From positions 370,264,001 through 370,328,000 of the forward strand of contig OZ024743.1 in assembly GCA_964016885.1 (NCBI GenBank): a stretch of DNA of 64,000 nt, given 5' to 3'. Positions 53,301 to 64,000 of this stretch are shown one piece after another. This stretch comes from Eledone cirrhosa (taxonomy: Eukaryota). Position numbers and translations under genes: made by a program. Numbering within the stretch: the stretch's first letter is position 1; each line of letters starts with the position of its first letter. The notes below the pieces were generated by a model. It saw only the letters and a list, made by a program, of their open reading frames with translations. It was not told where the DNA came from and made no database searches.

Positions 53301-56300
53301 AAGCTATCGTTCTCTATCATGTCTTTCCTCAAAATTTCCTTCTCCACCAAGCTATCGTTCTCTATCTTGTCTTTCCTCAAAATTTCCTTCTTCACCAAGC
53401 TATCGTTCTGTATCTTGTCTTTCCTCAAAATTTCCTTCTTCACCAAGCTATCGTTCTCTATCTTGTCTTTCCTCAAAACTTCCTTCTTCACCAAGCTATC
53501 GTTCTCTATCTTGTCTTTCCTGAAAATTTCCTTCTTCACCAAGCTATCGTTCTCTATCTTGACTTTCCTCAAAATTTCCTTCTTCACCAAGCTATCGTTC
53601 TCTATCTTGTCTTTCCTCAAAATTTCTTTCTTCACCAAGCTATCGTTCTCTATCATGTCTTTCCTCAAAATTTCCTTCTTCACCAAGCTATCGTTCTCTA
53701 TCTTGTCTTTCCTCAAAACTTCCTTCTTCACCAAGCTATCGTTCTCTATCTTGTCTTTCCTCAAAACTTCCTTCTTCACCAAGCTATCGTTCTCTATCTT
53801 GTCTTTCCTCAAAATTTCCTTCTTCACCAAGCTATCGTTCTCTATCTTGTCTTTCCTCAAAACTTCCTTCTTCACCAAGCTATCGTTCTCTATCTTGTCT
53901 TTCCTCAAAATTTCCTTCTTCACCAAGCTATCGTTCTCTATCATGTCTTTCCTCAAAATTTCCTTCTCCACCAAGCTATCGTTCTCTATCTTGTCTTTCC
54001 TCAAAATTTCCTTCTTCACCAAGCTATCGTTCTGTATCTTGTCTTTCCTCAAAATTTCCTTCTTCACCAAGCTATCGTTCTCTATCTTGTCTTTCCTCAA
54101 AACTTCCTTCTTCACCAAGCTATCGTTCTCTATCTTGTCTTTCCTCAAAATTTCCTTCTTCACCAAGCTATCGTTCTCTATCTTGTCTTTCCTCAAAATT
54201 TCCTTCTTCACCAAGCTATCGTTCTCTATCTTGTCTTTCCTCAAAATTTCTTTCTTCACCAAGCTATCGTTCTCTATCATGTCTTTCCTCAAAATTTCCT
54301 TCTTCACCAAGCTATCGTTCTCTATCTTGTCTTTCCTCAAAATTTCCTTCTTCACCAAGCTATCGTTCTCTATCTTGTCTTTCCTCAAAACTTCCTTCTT
54401 CACCAAGCTATCGTTCTCTATCATGTCTTTCCTCAAAATTTCCTTCTTCACCAAGCTATCGTTCTCTATCTTGTCTTTCCTCAAAATTTCCTTCTTCACC
54501 AAGCTATCGTTCTCTATCTTGTCTTTCCTCAAAATTTCCTTCTTCACCAAGCTATCGTTCTCTATCTTGTCTTTCCTCAAAATTTCCTCCTACACCAAGC
54601 TATCGTTCTCTATCTTGTCTTTCCTCAAAACTTCCTTCTTCACCAAGCTATCGGTCTCTATCTTGTCTTTCCTCAAAATTTCCTTCTTCACCAAGCTATC
54701 GTTCTCTATCTTGTCTTTCCTCAAAACTTCCTTCTTCACCAAGCTATCGTTCTCTATCTTGTCTTTCCTCAAAACTTCCTTCTTCACCAAGCTATCGTTC
54801 TCTATCTTGTCTTTCCTCAAAACTTCCTTCTTCACCAAGCTATCGTTCTCTATCTTGTCTTTCCTCAAAATTCCCTTCTTCACCAAGCTATAGTTCTCTA
54901 TCTTGTCTTTCCTCAAAACTTCCTTCTTCACCAAGCTATCGTTCTCTATCTTGTCTTTCCTCAAAATTTCCTTCTTCACCAAGCTATCGTTCTCTATCTT
55001 GTCTTTCCTCAAAACTTCCTTCTTCACCAAGCTATCGTTCTCTATCTTGTCTTTCCTCAAAACTTCCTTCTTCACCAAGCTATCGTTCTCTATCTTGTCT
55101 TTCCTCAAAACTTCCTTCTTCACCAAGCTATCGTTCTCTATCTTGTCTTTCCTCAAAACTTCCTTCTTCACCAAGCTATCGTTCTCTATCTTGTCTTTCC
55201 TCAAAATTTCCTTCTTCACCAAGCTATCGTTCTCTATCTTGTCTTTCCTCAAAATTTCCTTCTTCACCAAGCTATCGTTCTCTATCTTGTCTTTCCTCAA
55301 AATTTCCTCCTACACCAAGCTATCGTTCTCTATCTTGTCTTTCCTCAAAACTTCCTTCTTCACCAAGCTATCGTTCTCTATCTTGTCTTTCCTCAAAATT
55401 TCCTTCTTCACCAAGCTATCGTTCTCTATCTTGTCTTTCCTCAAAATTTCCTTCTTCACCAAGCTATCGGTCTCTATCTTGTCTTTCCTCAAAATTTCCT
55501 TCTTCACCCAGCTATCGTTCTCTATCTTGTCTTTCCTCAAAATTTCCTTCTTCACCAAGCTATCGTTCTCTATCTTGTCTTTCCTCAAAATTTCCTTCTT
55601 CACCAAGCTATCGTTCTCTATCTTGTCTTTCCTCAAATTTCCTTCTTCACCAAGCTATCGTTCTCTATCTTGTCTTTCCTCAAAATTTCCTTCTTCACCA
55701 AGCTATCGTTCTCTATCTTGTCTTTCCTCAAACTTCCTTCTTCACCAAGCTATCGTTCTCTATCTTGTCTTTCCTCAAAATTTCCTTCTTCACCAAGCTA
55801 TCGTTCTCTATCTTGTCTTTCCTCAAAATTTCCTTCTTCACCAAGCTATCGTTCTCTATCTTGTCTTTCCTCAAAATTTCCTTCTTCACCAAGCTATCGT
55901 TCTCTATCTTGTCTTTCCTCAAAATTTCCTTCTTCACCAAGCTATCGTTCTCTATCTTGTCTTTCCTCAAAATTTCCTTCTTCACCAAGCTATCGTTCTC
56001 TATCTTGTCTTTCCTCAAAATTTCCTTCTTCACCAAGCTATCGTTCTCTATCTTGTCTTTCCTCAAAATTTCCTTCTTCATCAAGCCATCGTTCTCTATC
56101 TTGTCTTTCCTCAAAATTTCCTTCTTCACCAAGCTATCTTTCTCTATCTTGTCTTTCCTCAAAATTTCCTTGTTCACCAAGCTATCGTTCTCTATCTTGT
56201 CTTTCCTCAAAACTTCCTTCTTCGCCAAGCTATCGTTCTCTATCTTGTCTTTCCTCAAAATTTCCTTCTTCACCAAGCTATCGTTCTCTATCTTGTCTTT

Positions 56301-59300
56301 CCTCAAAACTTCCTTCTTCACCAAGCTATCGTTCTCTATCTTGTCTTTCCTCAAAATTTCCTTCTTCACCAAGCTATCGTTCTCTATCTTGTCTTTCCTC
56401 AAAACTTCCTTCTTCACCAAGCTATCGTTCTCTATCTTGTCTTTCCTCAAAATTTCCTTTTTCACCAAGCTATCGTTCTCTACCTTGTATTTCCTCAAAA
56501 TTTCCTTCTTCACCAAGCTATCGTTCTGTATTTTGTCTTTCCTCAAAACTTCCTTCTTCACCAAGCTATCGTTCTCTCTCTTGTCTTTCCTCAAAATTTC
56601 CTTCTTCACCAAGCTATCGTTCTCTATCTTGTCTTTCCTCAAAATTTCCTTCTTCACCAAGCTATTGTTCTCTATCTTGTCTTTCCTCAAAATTTCCTTC
56701 TTCACCAAGCTATCGTTCTCTATCTTGTCTTTCCTCAAAATTTCCTTCTTCACCAAGCTATCGTTCTCTATCTTGTCTTTCCTCAAAATTTCCTTCTTCA
56801 CCAAGCTATCGTTCTCTATCTTGTCTTTCCTCAAAATTTCCTCCTACACCAAGCTATCGTTCTCTATCTTGTCTTTCCTCAAAACTTCCTTCTTCACCAA
56901 GCTATCGTTCTCTATCTTGTCTTTCCTCAAAATTTCCTTCTTCACCAAGCTATCGTTCTCTATCTTGTCTTTCCTCAAAACTTCCTTCTTCACCAAGCTA
57001 TCGTTCTCTATCTTGTCTTTCCTCAAAATTTCCTTCTTCACCAAGCTATCGTTCTCTATCTTGTCTTTCCTCAAAATTTCCTTGTTCACCAAGCTATCGT
57101 TCTCTATCTTGTCTTTCCTCAAAACTTCCTTCTTCACCAAGCTATCGTTCTCTATCTTGTCTTTCCTCAAAATCTCCTTCTTCACCAAGCTATCGTTCTC
57201 TATCTTGTCTTTCCTCAAAACTTCCTTCTTCACCAAGCTATCGTTCTCTATCTTGTCTTTCCTCAAAACTTCCTTCTTCACCAAGCTATCGTTCTCTATC
57301 TTGTCTTTCCTCAAAACTTCCTTCTTCACCAAGCTATCGTTCTCTATCTTGTCTTTCCTCAAAATTTCCTTTTTCACCAAGCTATCGTTCTCTACCTTGT
57401 CTTTCCTCAAAATTTCCTTCTTCACCAGGCTATCGTTCTCTATTTTGTCTTTCCTCAAAACTTCCTTCTTCACCAAGCTATCGTTCTCTATCTTGTCTTT
57501 CCTCAAAATTTCCTTCTTCACCAAGCTATCGTTCTCTATCTTGTCTTTCCTCAAAATTTCCTTCTTCACCAAGCTATTGTTCTCTATCTTGTCTTTCCTC
57601 AAAATTTCCTTCTTCACCAAGCTATCGTTCTCTATCTTGTCTTTCCTCAAAATTTCCTTCTTCACCAAGCTATCGTTCTCTATCTTGTCTTTCCTCAAAA
57701 TTTCCTTCTTCACCAAGCTATCGTTCTCTATCTTGTCTTTCCTCAAAATTTCCTCCTACACCAAGCTATCGTTCTCTATCTTGTCTTTCCTCAAAACTTC
57801 CTTCTTCACCAAGCTATCGTTCTCTATCTTGTCTTTCCTCAAAATTTCCTTCTTCACCAAGCTATCGTTCTCTATCTTGTCTTTCCTCAAAATTTCCTTC
57901 TTCACCAAGCTATCGGTCTCTATCTTGTCTTTCCTCAAAATTTCCTTCTTCACCAAGCTATCGTTCTCTATCTTGTCTTTCCTCAAAATTTCCTTCTTCA
58001 CCAAGCTATCGTTCTCTATATTGTCTTTCCTCAAAATTTCCTTCTTCACCAAGCTATCGTTCTCTATCTTGTCTTTCCTCAAAATTTCCTTCTTCACCAA
58101 GCTATCGTTCTCTATCTTGTCTTTCCTCAAAATTTCCTTCTTCACCAAGCTATCGTTCTCTATCTTGTCTTTCCTCAAACTTCCTTCTTCACCAAGCTAT
58201 CGTTCTCTATCTTGTCTTTCCTCAAAATTTCCTTCTTCACCAAGCTATCGTTCTCTATCTTGTCTTTCCTCAAAATTTCCTTCTTCACCAAGCTATCGTT
58301 CTCTATCTTGTCTTTCCTCAAAATTTCCTTCTTCACCAAGCTATCGTTCTCTATCTTGTCTTTCCTCAAAATTTCCTTCTTCACCAAGCTATCGTTCTCT
58401 ATCTTGTCTTTCCTCAAAATTTCCTTCTTCACCAAGCTATCGTTCTCTATCTTGTCTTTCCTCAAAATTTCCTTCTTCAGCAAGCCATCGTTCTCTATCT
58501 TGTCTTTCCTCAAAATTTCCTTCTTCACCAAGCTATCGTTCTCTATCTTGTCTTTCCTCAAAATTTCCTTCTTCACCAAGCTATCGTTCTCTATCTTGTC
58601 TTTCCTCAAAATTTCCTTCTTCACCAAGCTATCGTTCTCTATCTTGTCTTTCCTCAAAACTTCCTTCTTCACCAAGCTATCGTTCTCTATCTTGTCTTTC
58701 CTCAAAATTTCCTTGTTCACCAAGCTATCGTTCTCTATCTTGTCTTTCCTCAAAACTTCCTTCTTCACCAAGCTATCGTTCTCTATCTTGTCTTTCCTCA
58801 AAATTTCCTTCTTCACCAAGCTATCGTTCTCTATCTTGTCTTTCCTCAAAACTTCCTTCTTCAACAAGCTATCGTTCTCTATCTTGTCTTTCCTCAAAAC
58901 TTCCTTCTTCACCAAGCTATCGTTCTCTATCTTGTCTTTCCTCAAAACTTCCTTCTTCACCAAGCTATCGTTCTCTATCTTGTCTTTCCTCAAAATTTCC
59001 TTCTTCACCAAGCTATCGTTCTCTATCTTGTCTTTCCTCAAAATTTCCTCCTACACCAAGCTATCGTTCTCTATCTTGTCTTTCCTCAAAACTTCCTTCT
59101 TCACCAAGCTATCGTTCTCTATCTTGTCTTTCCTCAAAATTTCCTTCTTCACCAAGCTATCGTTCTCTATCTTGTCTTTCCTCAAAATTTCCTTCTTCAC
59201 CAAGCTATCGGTCTCTATCTTGTCTTTCCTCAAAATTTCCTTCTTCACCAAGCTATCGTTCTCTATCTTGTCTTTCCTCAAAATTTCCTTCTTCACCAAG

Positions 59301-60290
59301 CTATCGTTCTCTATCTTGTCTTTCCTCAAAATTTCCTTCTTCACCAAGCTATCGTTCTCTATCTTGTCTTTCCTCAAAATTTCCTTCTTCACCAAGCTAT
59401 CGTTCTCTATCTTGTCTTTCCTCAAAATTTCCTTCTTCACCAAGCTATCGTTCTCTATCTTGTCTTTCCTCAAACTTCCTTCTTCACCAAGCTATCGTTC
59501 TCTATCTTGTCTTTCCTCAAAATTTCCTTCTTCACCAAGCTATCGTTCTCTATCTTGTCTTTCCTCAAAATTTCCTTCTTCACCAAGCTATCGTTCTCTA
59601 TCTTGTCTTTCCTCAAAATTTCCTTCTTCACCAAGCTATCGTTCTCTATCTTGTCTTTCCTCAAAATTTCCTTCTTCACCAAGCTATCGTTCTCTATCTT
59701 GTCTTTCCTCAAAATTTCCTTCTTCACCAAGCTATCGTTCTCTATCTTGTCTTTCCTCAAAATTTCCTTCTTCATCAAGCCATCGTTCTCTATCTTGTCT
59801 TTCCTCAAAATTTCCTTCTTCACCAAGCTATCGTTCTCTATCTTGTCTTTCCTCAAAATTTCCTTCTTCACCAAGCTATCGTTCTCTATCTTGTCTTTCC
59901 TCAAAATTTCCTTCTTCACCAAGCTATCGTTCTCTATCTTGTCTTTCCTCAAAACTTCCTTCTTCACCAAGCTATCGTTCTCTATCTTGTCTTTCCTCAA
60001 CATTTCCTTGTTCACCAAGCTATCGTTCTCTATCTTGTCTTCCCTCAAAACTTCCTTCTTCACCAAGCTATCGTTCTCTATCTTGTCATTCCTCAAAATT
60101 TCCTTCTTCACCAAGCTATCGTTCTCTATCTTGTCTTTCCTCAAAACTTCCTTCTTCACCAAGCTATCGTTCTCTATCTTGTCTTTCCTCAAAATTTCCT
60201 TTTTCACCAAGCTATCGTTCTCTACCTTGTCTTTCCTCAAAATTTCCTTCTTCACCAAGCTATCGTTCTCTATTTTGTCTTTCCTCAAAA
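50400..60290. repeat. Distal sub-array with its own markers (47-bp A-tract-deletion monomers, cggtct, caagccatcg)
   Basis: aaaa->aaa monomers occur at ~50837, 55636, 55730, 58178 and 59473. cggtctct occurs at ~50574, 54653, 55470, 57915 and 59210. caagccatcg occurs at ~51000, 56085, 58485 and 59780. None of these were seen left of 50.4 kb, and the 49-bp marker is absent here. Confidence 0.85.
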
Positions 60291-63200
60291 CTTCCTTCTT
60301 CACCAAGCTATCGTTCTCTATCTTGTCTTTCCTCAAAACTTCCTTCTTCACCAAGCTATCGTTCTCTATCTTGTCTTTCCTCAAAACTTCCTTCTTCACC
60401 AAGCTATCGTTCTCTATCTTGTCTTTCCTCAAAACCTCCTTCTTCAGCAAGCTATCGTTCTCTATCTTGTCTTTCCTCAAAACTTCCTTCTTCAACAAGC
60501 TATCGTTCTCTATCTTGTCTTTCCTCAAAACTTCCTTCTTCAGCAAGCTATCGTTCTCTATCTTGTCTTTCCTCAAAACTTCCTTCTTCACCAAGCTATC
60601 GTTCTCTATCTTGTCTTTCCTCAAAACTTCCTTCTTCACCAAGCTATCGTTCTCTATCTTGTCTTTCCTCAAAACTTCCTTCTTCACCAAGCTATCGTTC
60701 TCTATCTTGTCTTTCCTCAAAACTTCCTTCTTCACCAAGCTATCGTTCTCTATCTTGTATTTCCTCAAAACTTCCTTCTTCACCAAGCTATCGTTCTCTA
60801 TCTTGTCTTTCCTCAAAACTTCCTTCTTCACCAAGCTATCGTTCTCTATCTTGTCTTTCCTCAAAACTTCCTTCTTCACCAAGCTATCGTTCTCTATCTT
60901 GTCTTTCCTCAAAACTTCCTTCTTCACCAAGCTATCGTTCTCTATCTTGTCTTTCCTCAAAACTTCCTTCTTCACCAAGCTATCGTTCTCTATCTTGTCT
61001 TTCCTCAAAACTTCCTTCTTCACCAAGCTATCGTTCTCTATTTTGTCTTTCCTCAAAACTTCCTTCTTCACCAAGCTATCGTTCTCTATCTTGTCTTTCC
61101 TCAAAACTTCCTTCTTCACCAAGCTATCGTTCTCTATCTTGTCTTTCCTCAAAACTTCCTTCTTCACCAAGCTATCGTTCTCTATCTTGTCTTTCCTCAA
61201 AACTTCCTTCTTCACCAAGCTATCGTTGTCTATCTTGTCTTTCCTCAAAACTTCCTTCTTCACCAAGCTATCGTTCTCTATCTTGTATTTCCTCAAAACT
61301 TCCTTCTTCACCAAGCTATCGTTCTCTATCTTGTCTTTCCTCAAAACTTCCTTCTTCAGCAAGCTATCGTTCTCTATCTTGTCTTTCCTCAAAACTTCCT
61401 TCTTCACCAAGCTATCGTTGTCTATCTTGTCTTTCCTCAAAACTTCCTTCTTCACCAAGCTATCGTTCTCTATCTTGTCTTTCCTCAAAACTTCCTTCTT
61501 CACCAAGCTATCGTTCTCTATCTTGTCTTTCCTCAAAACTTCCTTCTTCACCAAGCTATCGTTCTCTATCTTGTCTTTCCTCAAAACTTCCTTCTTCAGC
61601 AAGCTATCGTTCTCTATCTTGTCTTTCCTCAAAACTTCCTTCTTCACCAAGCTATCGTTGTCTATCTTGTCTTTCCTCAAAACTTCCTTCTTCACCAAGC
61701 TATCGTTCTCTATCTTGTCTTTCCTCAAAACTTCCTTCTTCACCAAGCTATCGTTCTCTATCTTGTCTTTCCTCAAAACTTCCTTCTTCACCAAGCTATC
61801 GTTCTCTATCTTGTCTTTCCTCAAAACTTCCTTCTTCACCAAGCTATCGTTCTCTATCTTGTCTTTCCTCAAAACTTCCTTCTTCACCAAGCTATCGTTC
61901 TCTATCTTGTCTTTCCTCAAAACTTCCTTCTTCAGCAAGCTATCGTTCTCTATCTTGTCTTTCCTCAAAACTTCCTTCTTCACCAAGCTATCGTTCTCTA
62001 TCTTGTCTTTCCTCAAAACTTCCTTCTTCACCAAGCTATCGTTGTCTATCTTGTCTTTCCTCAAAACTTCCTTCTTCACCAAGCTATCGTTCTCTATTTT
62101 GTCTTTCCTCAAAACTTCCTTCTTCACCAAGCTATCGTTCTCTATCTTGTCTTTCCTCAAAACTTCCTTCTTCACCAAGCTATCGTTCTCTATCTTGTCT
62201 TTCCTCAAAACTTCCTTCTTCAGCAAGCTATCGTTCTCTATCTTGTCTTTCCTCAAAACTTCCTTCTTCACCAAGCTATCGTTGTCTATCTTGTCTTTCC
62301 TCAAAACTTCCTTCTTCACCAAGCTATCGTTCTCTATCTTGTCTTTCCTCAAAACTTCCTTCTTCACCAAGCTATCGTTCTCTATCTTGTCTTTCCTCAA
62401 AACTTCCTTCTTCACCAAGCTATCGTTGTCTATCTTGTCTTTCCTCAAAACTTCCTTCATCACCAAGCTATCGTTCTCTATCTTGTCTTTCCTCAAAACT
62501 TCCTTCTTCACCAAGCTATCGTTCTCTATCTTGTCTTTCCTCAAAACTTCCTTCTTCACCAAGCTATCGTTCTCTATCTTGTCTTTCCTCAAAACTTCCT
62601 TCTTCACCAAGCTATCGTTCTCTATCTTGTCTTTCCTCAAAACTTCCTTCTTCACCAAGCTATCGTTCTCTATCTTGTCTTTCCTCAAAACTTCCTTCTT
62701 CACCAAGCTATCGTTCTCTATCTTGTCTTTCCTCAAAACTTCCTTCTTCACCAAGCTATCGTTCTCTATCTTGTCTTTCCTCAAAACTTCCTTCTTCACC
62801 AAGCTATCGTTGTCTATCTTGTCTTTCCTCAAAACTTCCTTCATCACCAAGCTATCGTTCTCTATCTTGTCTTTCCTCAAAACTTCCTTCTTCACCAAGC
62901 TATCGTTCTCTATCTTGTCTTTCCTCAAAACTTCCTTCTTCACCAAGCTATCGTTCTCTATCTTGTCTTTCCTCAAAACTTCCTTCTTCACCAAGCTATC
63001 GTTCTCTATCTTGTCTTTCCTGAAAACTTCCTTCTTCACCAAGCTATCGTTCTCTATCTTGTCTTTCCTCAAAACTTCCTTCTTCACCAAGCTATCGTTC
63101 TCTATCTTGTCTTTCCTCAAAACTTCCTTCTTCACCAAGCTATCGTTGTCTATCTTGTCTTTCCTCAAAACTTCCTTCATCACCAAGCTATCGTTCTCTA

Positions 63201-63999
63201 TCTTGTCTTTCCTCAAAACTTCCTTCTTCACCAAGCTATCGTTCTCTATCTTGTCTTTCCTCAAAACTTCCTTCTTCACCAAGCTATCGTTCTCTATCTT
63301 GTCTTTCCTCAAAACTTCCTTCTTCACCAAGCTATCGTTCTCTATCTTGTCTTTCCTCAAAACTTCCTTCTTCACCAAGCTATCGTTCTCTATCTTGTCT
63401 TTCCTCAAAACTTCCTTCTTCACCAAGCTATCGTTCTCTATCTTGTCTTTCCTCAAAACTTCCTTCTTCACCAAGCTATCTTTGTCTATCTTTTCTTTCC
63501 TCAAAACTTCCTTCTTCACCAAGCTATCGTTGTCTATCTTGTCTTTCCTCAAAACTTCCTTCTTCACCAAGCTATCGTTGTCTATCTTGTCTTTCCTCAA
63601 AACTTCCTTCTTCACCAAGCTATCGTTGTCTATCTTGTCTTTCCTCAAAACTTCCTTCATCACCAAGCTATCGTTCTCTATCTTGTCTTTCCTCAAAACT
63701 TCCTTCTTCACCAAGCTCTCGTTCTCTATCTTGTCTTTCCTCAAAACTTCCTTCTTCACCAAGCTATCGTTGTCTATCTTGTCTTTCCTCAAAACTTCCT
63801 TCTTCACCAAGCTATCGTTCTCTATCTTGTCTTTCCTCAAAACTTCCTTCTTCACCAAGCTATCGTTCTCTATCTTGTCTTTCCTCAAAACTTCCTTCTT
63901 CACCAAGCTATCGTTCTCTATCTTGTCTTTCCTCAAAACTTCCTTCTTCACCAAGCTATCGTTCTCTATCTTGTCTTTCCTCAAAACTTCCTTCTTCAC
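59470..63999 (-). other. Open minus-strand repeat frame (KKEVLRKDKIENDSLV)n, open at the right window edge; possible tail of a repeat-protein exon, unproven
   Basis: A 1509-codon stop-free run, the longest in this frame, ends at a -1 frameshift near 59473. No start context, splice site or non-repeat domain is visible. Openness is also expected from the monomer alone. Confidence 0.12.
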
Positions 64000-64000
64000 C
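60290..64000. repeat. Homogeneous C-type (aaaacttcc) sub-array, ~77 monomers
   Basis: Every monomer from ~60290 to the end has C after the A4 tract (Val rather than Ile in the minus frame). There are no indels. The cgttgtct variant is frequent, and cttcatcacc appears only here. Confidence 0.92.

Larger units (their letters stand above)
1..64000. repeat. 48-bp tandem repeat (satellite/macrosatellite-type) array, ~1333 monomers, extends beyond both window edges
   Basis: The unit cttcttcaccaagctatcgttctctatcttgtctttcctcaaaa(t/c)ttc recurs with period 48 from base 1 to 64000. Most copies match the consensus or differ at 1-2 bases. No inversion or foreign insertion was seen. The register shifts only at 12 insertion and 6 deletion monomers. 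Confidence 0.99.

Noticed and set aside
239-59473. Dozens of minus-strand ORFs as separate genes
   Set aside because: They are fragments of one repeat frame cut by copied stop or frameshift variants. They have no individual start context or intergenic sequence.
1-59473. Intact giant gene under a TAA/TAG-reassigned genetic code
   Set aside because: Reassignment would remove the substitution stops, but 18 frameshifting indels remain and lead into frames containing TGA or TAG in every monomer.
29-63023. Giant + strand ORFs (up to 7986 aa) of SFLKISFFTKLSFSIL / YLVFPQNFLLHQAIVL / SLSCLSSKFPSSPSYR repeats
   Set aside because: All three + frames of the G-poor monomer lack stops, so ORFs overlap and pass through frameshifts, switching peptide. 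Starts are TTG codons inside the repeat. These are artefacts of the repeat.
1-64000. CRISPR array
   Set aside because: Monomers abut directly with no unique spacers, and there is no leader or cas gene.
1-64000. Telomeric repeat, rDNA/tRNA array or transposon-derived tandem
   Set aside because: There is no short G-rich telomere unit, recognisable RNA gene, terminal repeat or transposase sequence. I do not recognise the monomer as a named family.
1-64000. Pure assembly artefact or synthetic concatemer
   Set aside because: The hierarchical, linked variant patterns and private mutations look like evolved sequence. Exact copy number and individual junctions still need read support.

Overview
The whole 64-kb window is one uninterrupted, head-to-tail, single-orientation tandem array of a 48-bp monomer (+ strand consensus CTTCTTCACCAAGCTATCGTTCTCTATCTTGTCTTTCCTCAAAA[T/C]TTC; 37.5% GC, 75% pyrimidine). 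It holds 1333 full monomers plus 10 bp. That count follows from the register: the monomer start at 1 recurs at 63991, and 1333x48 + 12 one-base insertions - 6 one-base deletions = 63990. There is no unique sequence, flank, RNA gene, mobile element or CRISPR spacer. The very long ORFs in the track are a by-product of a monomer that is a multiple of 3 and stop-free in 4 of 6 frames. The minus-strand frame reads as a charged 16-aa repeat (EILRKDKIENDSLVKK / EVLRKDKIENDSLVKK). It is broken by repeatedly copied stops and frameshifts up to ~59.5 kb, then stays open to the right edge. Rare linked variants act as barcodes. They show nested, variable-length higher-order duplications (2-mer to ~100-mer blocks, one pair ~39.75 kb apart), recombinant blocks, and a left-to-right change in monomer subtype. 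The organism and the function of the array cannot be determined from this window. Block boundaries are approximate, to within 1-2 monomers.
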